The notes: a model not told the origin generated them from the sequence alone. A stretch of 64,000 bases of DNA from Nitrospirota bacterium (GCA_963703955.1 CAVPGK010000014.1:1-64000), one strand, 5' to 3'. Numbered from the stretch's first letter, positions 1 to 9,122 are shown. Translations and numbers: made by a program.

Positions 1-1369
1 AAGTCATGTCAAGAAGTGTGTAAATAGAATTAGGCGGCGACCTCTTTTTCCACCTGCATTCCATCCATGAACGTGACGCCTCGATAGACCGCGGGCATGA
101 GCTCCGGATGTTTCACGCGCCGGAAGGTGTGTTCCGCCACCAGCAGCATCTTCCAAATCACCGCCGTGGCATTCTTCACCAGTTTGAACCGCTTGGCGGC
201 ATCGGTCCGCAGGCGCGCAGCTCCGAACGGCGACTCCACGGGATTTGACGTTCGCAGATGCTGCCAGTGAGGCTGCGGGAAGCGGTAGAAGGTGACCAGC
301 CGCTCCCAGTCGGTCATCACGCACTTCGCCGCGTCGGCATAGCCGTGTTGCGCACACCAAGCTACAAACTGATCGCGGCGCCGTTCGGCCTCCCGGCGCG
401 TAGGGGTCGCCGGGATCTGGCGGAGGAGCGCCGTGCCAGCCGCCTGGTGCCGCTTCGGCAGCTTATCGAGCACATTGACGATCTTATGGTTCCAACAGCG
501 CTGCTCCTCGGCCTCCGGATAGACCTGGCGCAAGGCGCTCCAGATCCCCAGGTGTCCATCGCCCACCACCAACCGGGGTGGCCGCAACCCACGGTCGCGC
601 AGCTCACGGAGCACCGTCCCCCAACTCTCCGTGGATTCCCGGTACCCTGCCGTGACTGCCACGAGCACTTTCCGCCCATCACTGAGAGCCGCCAACACGA
701 CCAGCAGTGCCGCCTTCTCCTTCTCCAAGCCGGCCTTTACATAGATCCCATCGATCCATAGATACACCGCTTCGACCTCGTCGAGGCGACGGCCTTGCCA
801 GATGGCCAGTTCTCCCTGCCACTTCTCCTTCAGCCGCGCCACGGTGGAGCCGGACAAGGGTGCCCCATCCCCTAATAGGCCTCGGAGCGCCAACTCGAAG
901 TCCCCCAGCGCCAGCCCATGTAGATACAACTCCGGCACCAGAGTCTCGATCGTCGTGCTCTTGCGTTTGAACAGCGGCAACACCTGACTGACAAACCGGG
1001 CTTCACAGTCCCGCACCCGCGGCCGCTGCACGGTGATCGTGCCGCAGCTCAGGGTCACGCGGCGCGGTTTCCCATAGCCATTCCGATAGCCACGCTCCTC
1101 GCGCGGCCGCCGGCGCTGCGATTTCTGGCGCCCCAAGAACTCGCTGACTTCTTCTTCCAGCACCTGTTGGATGAATCCTTGCACATGTCCACGTACCCAC
1201 GTTTCCAAGTTCTCCCACTTCACGCTTGACGCTTCCCCTGGCTCTGTGCTCTGCTTCTCCATGGCGGTGTCGTCCTCCTATTCTGGCTGGGAAGCCCAGC
1301 CGGTTGGGTTTCGTCACCCGTGAGGATACACCGCCTCTTTTCTATTTCCCCACCTTTTGGTTATACCTC
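1..1369 (-). mobile_element. IS256-family insertion sequence, copy 1 (first base lies outside the window)
   Basis: Appears identical to 1948-3316. Imperfect 28-bp terminal inverted repeats (G)AAGTCATGTCAAGAAGTGTGTAAATAG / CTATTTCCCCACCTTTTGGTTATACCTC. Encodes a Mutator-type transposase. Confidence 0.95.
30..1262 (-). CDS. IS256-family (Mutator-like) DDE transposase, 410 aa
   Basis: Motifs YRNGY, YLWIDG, VVGDGHLG, QRCWNHK, RTSNPVES. Confidence 0.95.
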   Translation of the reverse strand: MEKQSTEPGEASSVKWENLETWVRGHVQGFIQQVLEEEVSEFLGRQKSQRRRPREERGYRNGYGKPRRVTLSCGTITVQRPRVRDCEARFVSQVLPLFKRKSTTIETLVPELYLHGLALGDFELALRGLLGDGAPLSGSTVARLKEKWQGELAIWQGRRLDEVEAVYLWIDGIYVKAGLEKEKAALLVVLAALSDGRKVLVAVTAGYRESTESWGTVLRELRDRGLRPPRLVVGDGHLGIWSALRQVYPEAEEQRCWNHKIVNVLDKLPKRHQAAGTALLRQIPATPTRREAERRRDQFVAWCAQHGYADAAKCVMTDWERLVTFYRFPQPHWQHLRTSNPVESPFGAARLRTDAAKRFKLVKNATAVIWKMLLVAEHTFRRVKHPELMPAVYRGVTFMDGMQVEKEVAA

Positions 1370-1946
1370 AAGAAAAGCTGAAAAGATCCTTGAAAAACTC
1401 GATCTTGGTGACACAGCAGCAGAGAATGAAATCGGCGGCCTGCGCAATTACTTTGTCCCAACAGGACAGTTCGCGCAGGCGAAACAAGGTCACGCAAGGC
1501 TGGTTGTCGGCAGAAAGGGGACTGGCAAGACCGCAATCTTTTATGAAGTTAGGAACTCGTTAGGACGAAACCGCTCAAGGGTAATTTTGGATCTTAAACC
1601 TGAGGGCCATCAGTTCACCAAGCTGAGAGAAGCAGTTCTTTCCCAATTATCTCCTGGGCTACAAGAACACACCATGACGGGTTTTGGAACTATATTTTGC
1701 TCACAGAACTGTCCCACAAAATTCTTACGCAAGAGGGGTCTTGGGCTAAAAACGATCCCGAGAGGTACCAGCGATTTCGGAGGCTGGAGCAAGCATATGG
1801 TTCCCATGACATCGACTCTGAGGGAGATCTTTCCCAACGGTTGTTATGGCAAGTGAACAGATTGACAGAGCAATTCCGTGAGATCGCGGAACCTAAGGGT
1901 AGGGAAAGAATAACGGAGTGGCTTTATACCGGAGACATACGGCAGC

Positions 1947-3316
1947 GAAGTCATGTCAAGAAGTGTGTAAATAGAATTAGGCGGCGACCTCTTTTTCCAC
2001 CTGCATTCCATCCATGAACGTGACGCCTCGATAGACCGCGGGCATGAGCTCCGGATGTTTCACGCGCCGGAAGGTGTGTTCCGCCACCAGCAGCATCTTC
2101 CAAATCACCGCCGTGGCATTCTTCACCAGTTTGAACCGCTTGGCGGCATCGGTCCGCAGGCGCGCAGCTCCGAACGGCGACTCCACGGGATTTGACGTTC
2201 GCAGATGCTGCCAGTGAGGCTGCGGGAAGCGGTAGAAGGTGACCAGCCGCTCCCAGTCGGTCATCACGCACTTCGCCGCGTCGGCATAGCCGTGTTGCGC
2301 ACACCAAGCTACAAACTGATCGCGGCGCCGTTCGGCCTCCCGGCGCGTAGGGGTCGCCGGGATCTGGCGGAGGAGCGCCGTGCCAGCCGCCTGGTGCCGC
2401 TTCGGCAGCTTATCGAGCACATTGACGATCTTATGGTTCCAACAGCGCTGCTCCTCGGCCTCCGGATAGACCTGGCGCAAGGCGCTCCAGATCCCCAGGT
2501 GTCCATCGCCCACCACCAACCGGGGTGGCCGCAACCCACGGTCGCGCAGCTCACGGAGCACCGTCCCCCAACTCTCCGTGGATTCCCGGTACCCTGCCGT
2601 GACTGCCACGAGCACTTTCCGCCCATCACTGAGAGCCGCCAACACGACCAGCAGTGCCGCCTTCTCCTTCTCCAAGCCGGCCTTTACATAGATCCCATCG
2701 ATCCATAGATACACCGCTTCGACCTCGTCGAGGCGACGGCCTTGCCAGATGGCCAGTTCTCCCTGCCACTTCTCCTTCAGCCGCGCCACGGTGGAGCCGG
2801 ACAAGGGTGCCCCATCCCCTAATAGGCCTCGGAGCGCCAACTCGAAGTCCCCCAGCGCCAGCCCATGTAGATACAACTCCGGCACCAGAGTCTCGATCGT
2901 CGTGCTCTTGCGTTTGAACAGCGGCAACACCTGACTGACAAACCGGGCTTCACAGTCCCGCACCCGCGGCCGCTGCACGGTGATCGTGCCGCAGCTCAGG
3001 GTCACGCGGCGCGGTTTCCCATAGCCATTCCGATAGCCACGCTCCTCGCGCGGCCGCCGGCGCTGCGATTTCTGGCGCCCCAAGAACTCGCTGACTTCTT
3101 CTTCCAGCACCTGTTGGATGAATCCTTGCACATGTCCACGTACCCACGTTTCCAAGTTCTCCCACTTCACGCTTGACGCTTCCCCTGGCTCTGTGCTCTG
3201 CTTCTCCATGGCGGTGTCGTCCTCCTATTCTGGCTGGGAAGCCCAGCCGGTTGGGTTTCGTCACCCGTGAGGATACACCGCCTCTTTTCTATTTCCCCAC
3301 CTTTTGGTTATACCTC
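1947..3316 (-). mobile_element. IS256-family insertion sequence, copy 2 (1370 bp) with 8-bp target-site duplication
   Basis: TSD ACGGCAGC at 1939-1946 and 3317-3324. Same TIRs as copy 1. Confidence 0.97.
1977..3209 (-). CDS. IS256-family transposase, 410 aa, same protein as 30-1262
   Basis: Identical translation in the ORF track. Confidence 0.95.
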   Translation of the reverse strand: MEKQSTEPGEASSVKWENLETWVRGHVQGFIQQVLEEEVSEFLGRQKSQRRRPREERGYRNGYGKPRRVTLSCGTITVQRPRVRDCEARFVSQVLPLFKRKSTTIETLVPELYLHGLALGDFELALRGLLGDGAPLSGSTVARLKEKWQGELAIWQGRRLDEVEAVYLWIDGIYVKAGLEKEKAALLVVLAALSDGRKVLVAVTAGYRESTESWGTVLRELRDRGLRPPRLVVGDGHLGIWSALRQVYPEAEEQRCWNHKIVNVLDKLPKRHQAAGTALLRQIPATPTRREAERRRDQFVAWCAQHGYADAAKCVMTDWERLVTFYRFPQPHWQHLRTSNPVESPFGAARLRTDAAKRFKLVKNATAVIWKMLLVAEHTFRRVKHPELMPAVYRGVTFMDGMQVEKEVAA

Positions 3317-3986
3317 ACGGCAGCTCGACGAGAGCGTTAGTGACTACCTTAGGGAGAAGGACGCCGTCTGGCTCCTTATCGACAATCTAGATAAAGGATG
3401 GCCGACGCGAGGAACCACGCCCGAGGATATTATGATCGTCAGGGCACTACTGGAGGCTACACGGAAGTTGCAGAGACAACTCGAGGAACGTGAAGTTGAT
3501 TTCAAGTGCCTCGTATTCATAAGGACCGATATTTATGAACATCTAGTTAGTGAGACGCCGGATAAGGGAAAAGATACCGCTATTAGGCTCGACTGGGATG
3601 ATGCCAGTTTATTCAAAGAGATAGTCCAGAAAAGAGTAACCACGAGCACTGAACTACAGGGAACATTCTCGCAAATCTGGCCAGTACTCTTTGATTCACA
3701 CATAGGTCCAGAGGATTCCTTCAATTATATATTGGAGCGAACTTTGATGCGGCCTCGTGATCTGCTAACGTTTTTGCACCGGTCGATAGAAGTGGCGGTT
3801 AACAGAGGACATACAAAAGTAACGGTTGACGATATTCTTCAGGCGGAAAAAAGCTATTCCGAAGACATGGTTCTAGCGACGGCGTACGAGATTGCGGATA
3901 CACTTCCGCAATTTGCGGATATCTTGTATGCGTTTCAAGGCATGCAAAGGACACTCTCCAAGACTGAAGTCTGATCTTTCCCCGAT

Positions 3987-4862
3987 TTAGTGGACAGCCC
4001 GTATGACTTGCCCTGCCTGCCGTTCAAACTCCGCCGGGCTGAGATAGCCCAAGGTGGAATGCCGCCGCCGCCGATTATAGAACCCTTCCAGATACTCGAA
4101 GATCTCGGTCTTGGCCTCCTGCCGTGTCTGAAACCGTCGGTGATGGACCAGTTCGGTCTTCAGCGTGGCAAAGAAGCTTTCCACCACCGCATTGTCCCAA
4201 CAATTGCCGGGGCGACTCATCGAGCCGTGAATCCCCAGGGCAGTCAGCCGTTGCTGGTAGGTGACGGCGGCATACTGACAGCCTCGGTCCGAATGATGGA
4301 GCAACCCTGACACGGCCGGACGCTGGTGCAGGGCCATCTCCAATGCCTGCATGGTCAGGGCCGTGGTCATCTGCGTCCCCATGGCCCATCCCACAATGCG
4401 CCGAGAATAAAGATCCAACAACACGGCGAGATACAGCCAGCCCTCGCGGGTCGCAATGTACGTGATGTCGCCCACCCATTTGTGATTCGGGCGGGTGGCC
4501 GTGAAGTTCCGCTGCAAGTCGTTGGCGGCCATCATCTCTGGAGGACACGGCCGTGGCCGCCGATAGTGGCGACGGCAGATACTCCGCAGACCGTGCAGCC
4601 GCATCAGCCGGGCCACGCGATGACGGCCGACGCGAATCCCTCGGGCCTGGAGTTCCCGATGCAGACGCGGACTCCCATACCGTCCTCGAAATTCCTGATA
4701 ACATGCCCGCAGGTGTGCCCCCAGCCAGTGATTCGCTCGATCGCGCGCACTCTCGGGGTGCCGACGCCAAGCATAGAACCCACTACGAGCGACGGCCATG
4801 ACCCGACACAACATCTCGACGGGATACTGCGCCTTCTCCGCCTGAATGAAGCCATACCTCAT
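3987..4862 (-). CDS. IS3 transposase OrfB (rve integrase core)
   Basis: Motifs WVGDITY, LDLYSRRIVGW, HHSDRGCQY, DNAVVESFF, FYNRRRRHSTLGYLSP. Confidence 0.95.
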   Translation of the reverse strand: MRYGFIQAEKAQYPVEMLCRVMAVARSGFYAWRRHPESARDRANHWLGAHLRACYQEFRGRYGSPRLHRELQARGIRVGRHRVARLMRLHGLRSICRRHYRRPRPCPPEMMAANDLQRNFTATRPNHKWVGDITYIATREGWLYLAVLLDLYSRRIVGWAMGTQMTTALTMQALEMALHQRPAVSGLLHHSDRGCQYAAVTYQQRLTALGIHGSMSRPGNCWDNAVVESFFATLKTELVHHRRFQTRQEAKTEIFEYLEGFYNRRRRHSTLGYLSPAEFERQAGQVIRAVH

Positions 4863-5140
4863 GCCGACTCCTTGGCGAAGAAGGCTGCCGCCTTTTTTAG
4901 GATGTCCCGCTCCATGCGAAGCCGTTCAACTTCACGGCGTAACTGTTTGAGTTCCTCCGCCGCCTGAAATCCATTCGTCCCCGGCAGCGTGGTATTGGCC
5001 TCACGCTGCCATCGGCTCAACGTGGTTTGATTGATCCCCAGTTCCTTGGCCACCTGATTGGCACTCTGGCCACTGCGGCGCACCAGCGCGATGGCCTCCT
5101 GCTTGAACTCCGAACTAAATATTCGTCGGTCTCTCTTCAT
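4859..5140 (-). CDS. IS3 transposase OrfA (HTH); OrfAB fusion by -1 frameshift
   Basis: FSSEFKQEAI...LRMERDILKKAAAFFA. A6G slippery heptamer on the minus strand at 4892-4898. ATGA overlap with OrfB. Confidence 0.93.
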   Translation of the reverse strand: MKRDRRIFSSEFKQEAIALVRRSGQSANQVAKELGINQTTLSRWQREANTTLPGTNGFQAAEELKQLRREVERLRMERDILKKAAAFFAKESA

Positions 5141-5452
5141 CGGATACACCTCCTTCTTGGCATTATGCCTAAGAGGTGTCCACAAAATCAGGGGAGGTTC
5201 AGTCCAGCAAATTCTACTTGGAGTTGGGATTAAGGATGCGGATCTCGAGAAAGCAATTGAACTACTTCTTTGGTACGGATTCCTCGGTACGGCAGGATCT
5301 ACATCAGATGAAGATCGGTATTCATATCAGGTTCGCTACAACTTGAGACACTTACTCCATCCTATCGAAAAGGGGAAGCTAAGTTCGTTATTCATCCAGG
5401 GTTTCGAACCGCTCTGGCGATCAGGAACTAGCAAAAAAGTGCACGCAGGCAG

Positions 5453-5477
5453 AAAAAAGGGGACAGGCTAATTTATT
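5453..5477. repeat. REP-like short imperfect palindrome
   Basis: AAAAAAGGGGACAGGCTAATTTATT, between the ATPase stop and xth tail 1. Related to 5814-5840 and to the reverse complement of 13331-13355. Confidence 0.6.
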
Positions 5478-5517
5478 GGAGACATCCTGCCCCGCGCGCT
5501 GGCGGTATGTCAGTGGC

Positions 5518-5809
5518 TCATTGCTGCTTCCGGGAGCGCGCCGCAATTCGCGAATCCGCCGAAGCCCAGCCGGCATCGAACGGATAGCCGGGGCTATCGA
5601 TGTCGATGACCAGCGGGGCATGATCCGAGGGTAATCGTTTTCCTTTCCGCGCTTCCCGATCGATCTCGGCCCAGACAACGCGGGGTCTCAATGGCGCCGT
5701 CACGAGCAGGTGATCGATGCGCATGCCGAAATTTTTATGAAAATTGCCGGCGCGGTAGTCCCACCACGTGTACCGCCCAGGTTCCGGGTGATGCAATCGG
5801 TACGCATCG
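5518..5809 (-). pseudogene. xth: 3' fragment of exodeoxyribonuclease III (tail 1)
   Basis: Highly similar to the last ~95 codons of 7661-8536, with a different C-terminus (RSRKQQ). Similarity ends abruptly at 5809. Confidence 0.9.
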
Positions 5810-5813
5810 CACC

Positions 5814-5896
5814 AAGAAAAGGGGGTAGGCTGAATAAAATGGAGAGAGGAGTAAATTAAGAGTCTGGAGTAAGAAAGGGGTCTGACCCATTAAGTT
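5814..5896. repeat. Pair of REP-like motifs at the xth tail-1 breakpoint
   Basis: AAGAAAAGGGGGTAGGCTGAATAAAAT (5814-5840) and AAGAAAGGGGTCTGACCCATTAAGTT (5871-5896). Confidence 0.55.
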
Positions 5897-6091
5897 CGCC
5901 CATGTTTTGAACCGCGGATCCGCAGGGGTACGTGGTCCAGTGGACGGGTTTTGAGCGGAGGGTCTTGCGCGGATCCGCATAAGACGCCAAGACTAAACCC
6001 AGGCCCGAGGCAAGTGTCGCGGACGTTCCATTACGGACACTCTATCCCATTTGGGGGTGTTAGGCGGATCGGCCTAAACATTGTTGACCTC

Positions 6092-6484
6092 ATGTCCGCA
6101 AACTCTCGTCGTCTGCTGCTGCGCGCCAACGCCGTGTTCCTCATCGTCGCCGCCGTCGGCGCCTGGGTGACTGCGGACTTTCCCGCGAGCTTCTCGGGAT
6201 CGGGACCGATCGGGCCCTTGATCGCACACCAGCCTGCGCTTGGCATCGGCTTCATCGAAGCCCACGGCCTCGCCATCATCCTGGGCGTACTCTTGTGGCG
6301 CGCCGCCAGCACGACCTCCTGGCACCTCACGGGCGCCGCGATCCATCTGCTGCTCGGCACTTGCAACGTCATCTTCTGGCAGCTCTTCATCGCCACGGAT
6401 ACCCTGCCGATGGGCTGGGTTACGACGGTGATGCAGTCGTTCGCCGCGTGGTCCGTCGCGCGTGGCGCCGCGGGCAACGTCTGA
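6092..6484 (+). CDS. Hypothetical membrane protein (about 4 TM helices)
   Basis: Hydrophobic ORF with GC-rich coding bias and an EAHGLA motif. ATG at 6092. Confidence 0.7.
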   Translation: MSANSRRLLLRANAVFLIVAAVGAWVTADFPASFSGSGPIGPLIAHQPALGIGFIEAHGLAIILGVLLWRAASTTSWHLTGAAIHLLLGTCNVIFWQLFIATDTLPMGWVTTVMQSFAAWSVARGAAGNV

Positions 6485-6546
6485 ACGCGCCTTTCCCGGC
6501 GGATAGTTTCAAAGGCGGCGCGCGCCGGTATGGAATCCGGAGAGGA

Positions 6547-6570
6547 AGAAAACAGGGACATTCTACTTTT
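6547..6570. repeat. REP-like motif (direct repeat of 8573-8596)
   Basis: AGAAAACAGGGACATTCTACTTTT; 21/24 identical to 8573-8596. Confidence 0.7.
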
Positions 6571-6623
6571 CTGGCAGGACTAACGGTGAAGCCGAGGTGT
6601 CGAGATCAAAGTCTCACGGTGGC

Positions 6624-6813
6624 TCATCGCTGCTGCCGCGAGCGTGACGCAATTCGCGAATCCGCCGAAGCGCAGCCGGCATCGAACGGATAGCCGGGGC
6701 TATCGATGTCGATGACCAGCGGGGCATGATCCGAGGGTAATCGTTTTCCCTTCCGTGCTTCCCGATCGATCTCGGCCCAGACAACGCGGTGTTTTAAAGG
6801 TGCCGTCATGAGC
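6624..6813 (-). pseudogene. xth: 3' fragment of exodeoxyribonuclease III (tail 2)
   Basis: Matches the last ~60 codons of xth (TAPLKHRVVWAEIDREARKG..PSDHAPL) and ends RSRQQR. Confidence 0.9.
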
Positions 6814-6884
6814 TTGCGTGCGCGCCTCACGGATCTGTCAGATGACAAAAACTGATCCTAGCCCATGATGCCCAGCTTATTGTG

Positions 6885-6913
6885 TTGACCATTTTTTTCG
6901 CGTTCGGTATTGT
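6885..6913 (+). promoter_or_regulatory. Sigma70-type promoter upstream of the DUF4126-like gene
   Basis: TTGACC-N17-TATTGT. Confidence 0.55.
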
Positions 6914-6984
6914 CTCGGCGATTGAGTTCCGCATCGCTCACGCCTGATCACAAATGACCGCAAATCGGAAAAGATAACTACATT

Positions 6985-7449
6985 ATGACTGTCTATTTAC
7001 TCGCGCTAATGATAGGCGCTGTCGCCGGGTTGCGCGCCATGACTGCGCCAGCGATGGTGAGTTGGGCGGCGCATCTCGGCTTGCTCGATCTGAGCGGAAC
7101 CTGGCTCGCCTTTTTCGGCAACATCTGGGCGCGCTGGATTCTGACGCTGTTCGCGCTTGTTGAGCTGGTCACGGATCAACTCCCATCTACACCTAGTCGC
7201 ACTGTGCCGGTCCAGTTCGGCGCCCGTATCATGACGGGCGCGCTTTCCAGCGCGGCAATCGGAGCTTCGGGCGGGGCGATGATTGGTGGGCTGATTGCAG
7301 GAATTATCGGCGCAATCATCGGCACTCTCGGCGGACGCGCCTTCCGCGCGAAGCTTGCGACGGCCTTTGGCAGCGACCGTCCCGCCGCTTTGATCGAAGA
7401 CGCAGTCGCCATCGGCGGCGCGTTGCTGATAGGAGTGGCGCTGCGCTGA
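6985..7449 (+). CDS. DUF4126-like membrane protein
   Basis: Motifs GAVAGLRAMTAPA, ELVTDQLPSTPSRT, ALIEDAVAI. Confidence 0.8.
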   Translation: MTVYLLALMIGAVAGLRAMTAPAMVSWAAHLGLLDLSGTWLAFFGNIWARWILTLFALVELVTDQLPSTPSRTVPVQFGARIMTGALSSAAIGASGGAMIGGLIAGIIGAIIGTLGGRAFRAKLATAFGSDRPAALIEDAVAIGGALLIGVALR

Positions 7450-7480
7450 AAAACTTCGACGCAATCATCATCGGCTCGAC
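7446..7480 (+). pseudogene. N-terminal stub of an FAD-dependent pyridine nucleotide-disulphide oxidoreductase
   Basis: (CTG)KNFDAIIIG overlaps the DUF4126 stop, resembling the first Rossmann strand. It is cut at the palindrome 7483-7508. Confidence 0.5.
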
Positions 7481-7482
7481 GG

Positions 7483-7508
7483 GGAAAACGGTGTCAGCAA
7501 CCGTTTCC
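7483..7508. repeat. REP-like palindrome at the junction of two gene stubs
   Basis: GGAAAACGGTGTCAGCAACCGTTTCC. Same type as 13282-13299, 17991-18009, 18034-18053 and 19605-19625. Confidence 0.7.
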
Positions 7509-7517
7509 ACGGTTCGG

Positions 7518-7640
7518 CATGCAACTATCCAGAAGTGGGGAAATAGCCTGGCGATTCGGGTACCCAAGCGCGTCGCCGAGGAGGCGGGACTTTGGGAAAA
7601 GGATACTGTTGAGATCGAGGTGCGAAATGGGCACGCTTGA
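7518..7640 (+). pseudogene. AbrB/MazE-family antitoxin fragment without a start codon
   Basis: My translation HATIQKWGNSLAIRVPKRVAEEAGLWEKDTVEIEVRNGHA* has the KWGNSLAxRIP signature. Not in the ORF track. Confidence 0.8.
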
Positions 7641-7660
7641 GGACCGAGGCAGGAAAAGAT

Positions 7661-8536
7661 TCAAGAACGCAGGCGCGCCGCAATTCGCGAGTCCGCCGAA
7701 GCCCAGCCGGCATCGAACGGAGTGCCCGGGCTATCGATGTCGATGACCAGCGGTGCGTGATCCGAGGGTAACGGTTTTCCCTTCCGCGCCTCGCGATCGA
7801 TCTCTGCCCAGACAACGCGGTGTTTTAAAGGTGCCGTCACGAGCAGGTGATCGATGCGCATGCCGAAATTTTTATGAAAATTGCCGGCGCGGTAGTCCCA
7901 CCACGTGTACCGCCCGGGTTCCGGGTGATGCAATCGGTACGCATCGACGAATCCCGCGCTCGAAAGCCGCCCGAAAGCCTGCCGCTCGCGCTCGGAAACG
8001 TGCGTACCGCCATAACAGGCGCGGGGGTCCCACACGTCGATATCGTCGGGCGCCACATTGAAATCACCGCCAATGACGGCCGGTGTATCCGGGGTGACGG
8101 CCTCATTGATCCAGCGAGCCAGCCTGTCGAACCACACGAGCTTCGCTTCATAAAACGGCGAACCCACGAGCCGGCCGTTCGGCGCGTACACACAGATGAT
8201 GCGCACGCCGCCACATTCGGCAGCGAGCATCCTCGCCTCAGCCAGCGGTTCATCCTCACCGATTTCAGACGTCCGCGCTCGCCGTAACGGCTCTCCAAAA
8301 TTCGTGATAACACCGCCAATGCCGCACCGACTCGCGATTGCGACGCCGTTCCATCGACCCTCACCATGGTGCACCAGCTCGTATCCGGCCTGCTGGAACG
8401 TTTTGACAGGCACATCTGCGTCCGCCAGCTTGGTTTCCTGCATCAGAAGCACGTGCGGCTTCGCCCGATCCAGCCACCACATGATCTTTTCCAGGCGAGC
8501 CTTCAGCGAGTTGACATTCCAGGTGGCAATCCGCAT
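7661..8536 (-). CDS. xth: Exodeoxyribonuclease III (AP endonuclease)
   Basis: Motifs MRIATWNVNS, MQETK, GDFNVAP, YTWWDYR, GMRIDH, SDHAP. Confidence 0.95.
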   Translation of the reverse strand: MRIATWNVNSLKARLEKIMWWLDRAKPHVLLMQETKLADADVPVKTFQQAGYELVHHGEGRWNGVAIASRCGIGGVITNFGEPLRRARTSEIGEDEPLAEARMLAAECGGVRIICVYAPNGRLVGSPFYEAKLVWFDRLARWINEAVTPDTPAVIGGDFNVAPDDIDVWDPRACYGGTHVSERERQAFGRLSSAGFVDAYRLHHPEPGRYTWWDYRAGNFHKNFGMRIDHLLVTAPLKHRVVWAEIDREARKGKPLPSDHAPLVIDIDSPGTPFDAGWASADSRIAARLRS

Positions 8537-8572
8537 GCGTAAAGATTATCCCATCTCGGCCCGGTCTGGGGG

Positions 8573-8596
8573 AGAAGACGGGGACGTTCTACTTTT
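8573..8596. repeat. REP-like motif just upstream of xth
   Basis: AGAAGACGGGGACGTTCTACTTTT; 21/24 identical to 6547-6570 and 18/24 to 9123-9146. Confidence 0.7.
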
Positions 8597-8669
8597 CTAA
8601 GCGTTGCATCCAAGCGGTGCCGGCTCCTGTCGGTCAATCCTGATGATTCTGCATTGCGATTCAGCAGTC

Positions 8670-9095
8670 TCACCACCACCAAACCAGCAGGAACGCCCCA
8701 AGGATCCAGTCGTACACGACGCAGAAGGGAATGTACCACTGCGGCGTGTCGGCGTACGGGCCATGGCGGTGATGAAACAGATCCCACAATCCATGGGCCA
8801 AATACCCTCCAGGTATCAAGAGCGGATTGAACTGGAGGCCTGTCAGGCCGACGGCGGCGAATGCCACTGCCCCGGCCAGTTCGATGAGGTTTGCGCTGGG
8901 CCGGCCGTCGCGCGCAGCGAAGCCGACATAGACTCCCCCGATCAAGGCCAACAGGAGCGCGCCCCATTGCTGGGCCAAAGATTTCGGGAGCGCGAGAAAC
9001 ACCGGGACCGTCGCCACGCCGAGCAGCAGCCCCGCCCAGTACGGATGCGCCGCCGGAAAATTGGCTTCAGGCTTAACGGTGCCCATCTCGAGCAT
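8670..9095 (-). CDS. DUF6010-like membrane protein
   Basis: Motifs GGVYVGFA, AHGLWDLFHH, PQWYIPFCVVYDW. AGGAG RBS before the ATG at 9095. Confidence 0.75.
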   Translation of the reverse strand: MLEMGTVKPEANFPAAHPYWAGLLLGVATVPVFLALPKSLAQQWGALLLALIGGVYVGFAARDGRPSANLIELAGAVAFAAVGLTGLQFNPLLIPGGYLAHGLWDLFHHRHGPYADTPQWYIPFCVVYDWILGAFLLVWWW

Positions 9096-9122
9096 GGTGC
9101 ATTCTCCTTTTCGCGACCAAAG

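Larger units (their letters stand above)
3972..5201 (-). mobile_element. IS3-family insertion sequence (1230 bp) with 3-bp TSD
   Basis: TG...CA termini. 25-bp imperfect TIRs TGATCTTTCCCCGATTTAGTGGACA / TGTCCACAAAATCAGGGGAGGTTCA. TSD GTC at 3969-3971 and 5202-5204. Confidence 0.95.
1370..5431 (+). pseudogene. P-loop ATPase (Sll1717/FunZ-like) interrupted by IS256 and IS3 and carrying two 1-nt frameshifts; its N-terminus lies beyond IS256 copy 1
   Basis: Fragments 1370-1946, 3325-3971 and 5205-5431 join in frame once the IS copies and one TSD each are removed. Motifs: LGDTAAENE, Walker A GRKGTGKT, Walker B-like LLIDNLDKGW, MRPRDLL, and C-terminal FVIHPGFRTAL before TAG at 5429-5431. Frameshifts lie in short homopolymers near 1682-1685 and 5372-5375. 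Confidence 0.85.

Noticed and set aside
1..3316. Composite transposon or assembly duplication of IS256
   Set aside because: Copy 2 has its own TSD and the intervening DNA continues in frame beyond it, which indicates independent insertions into one gene.
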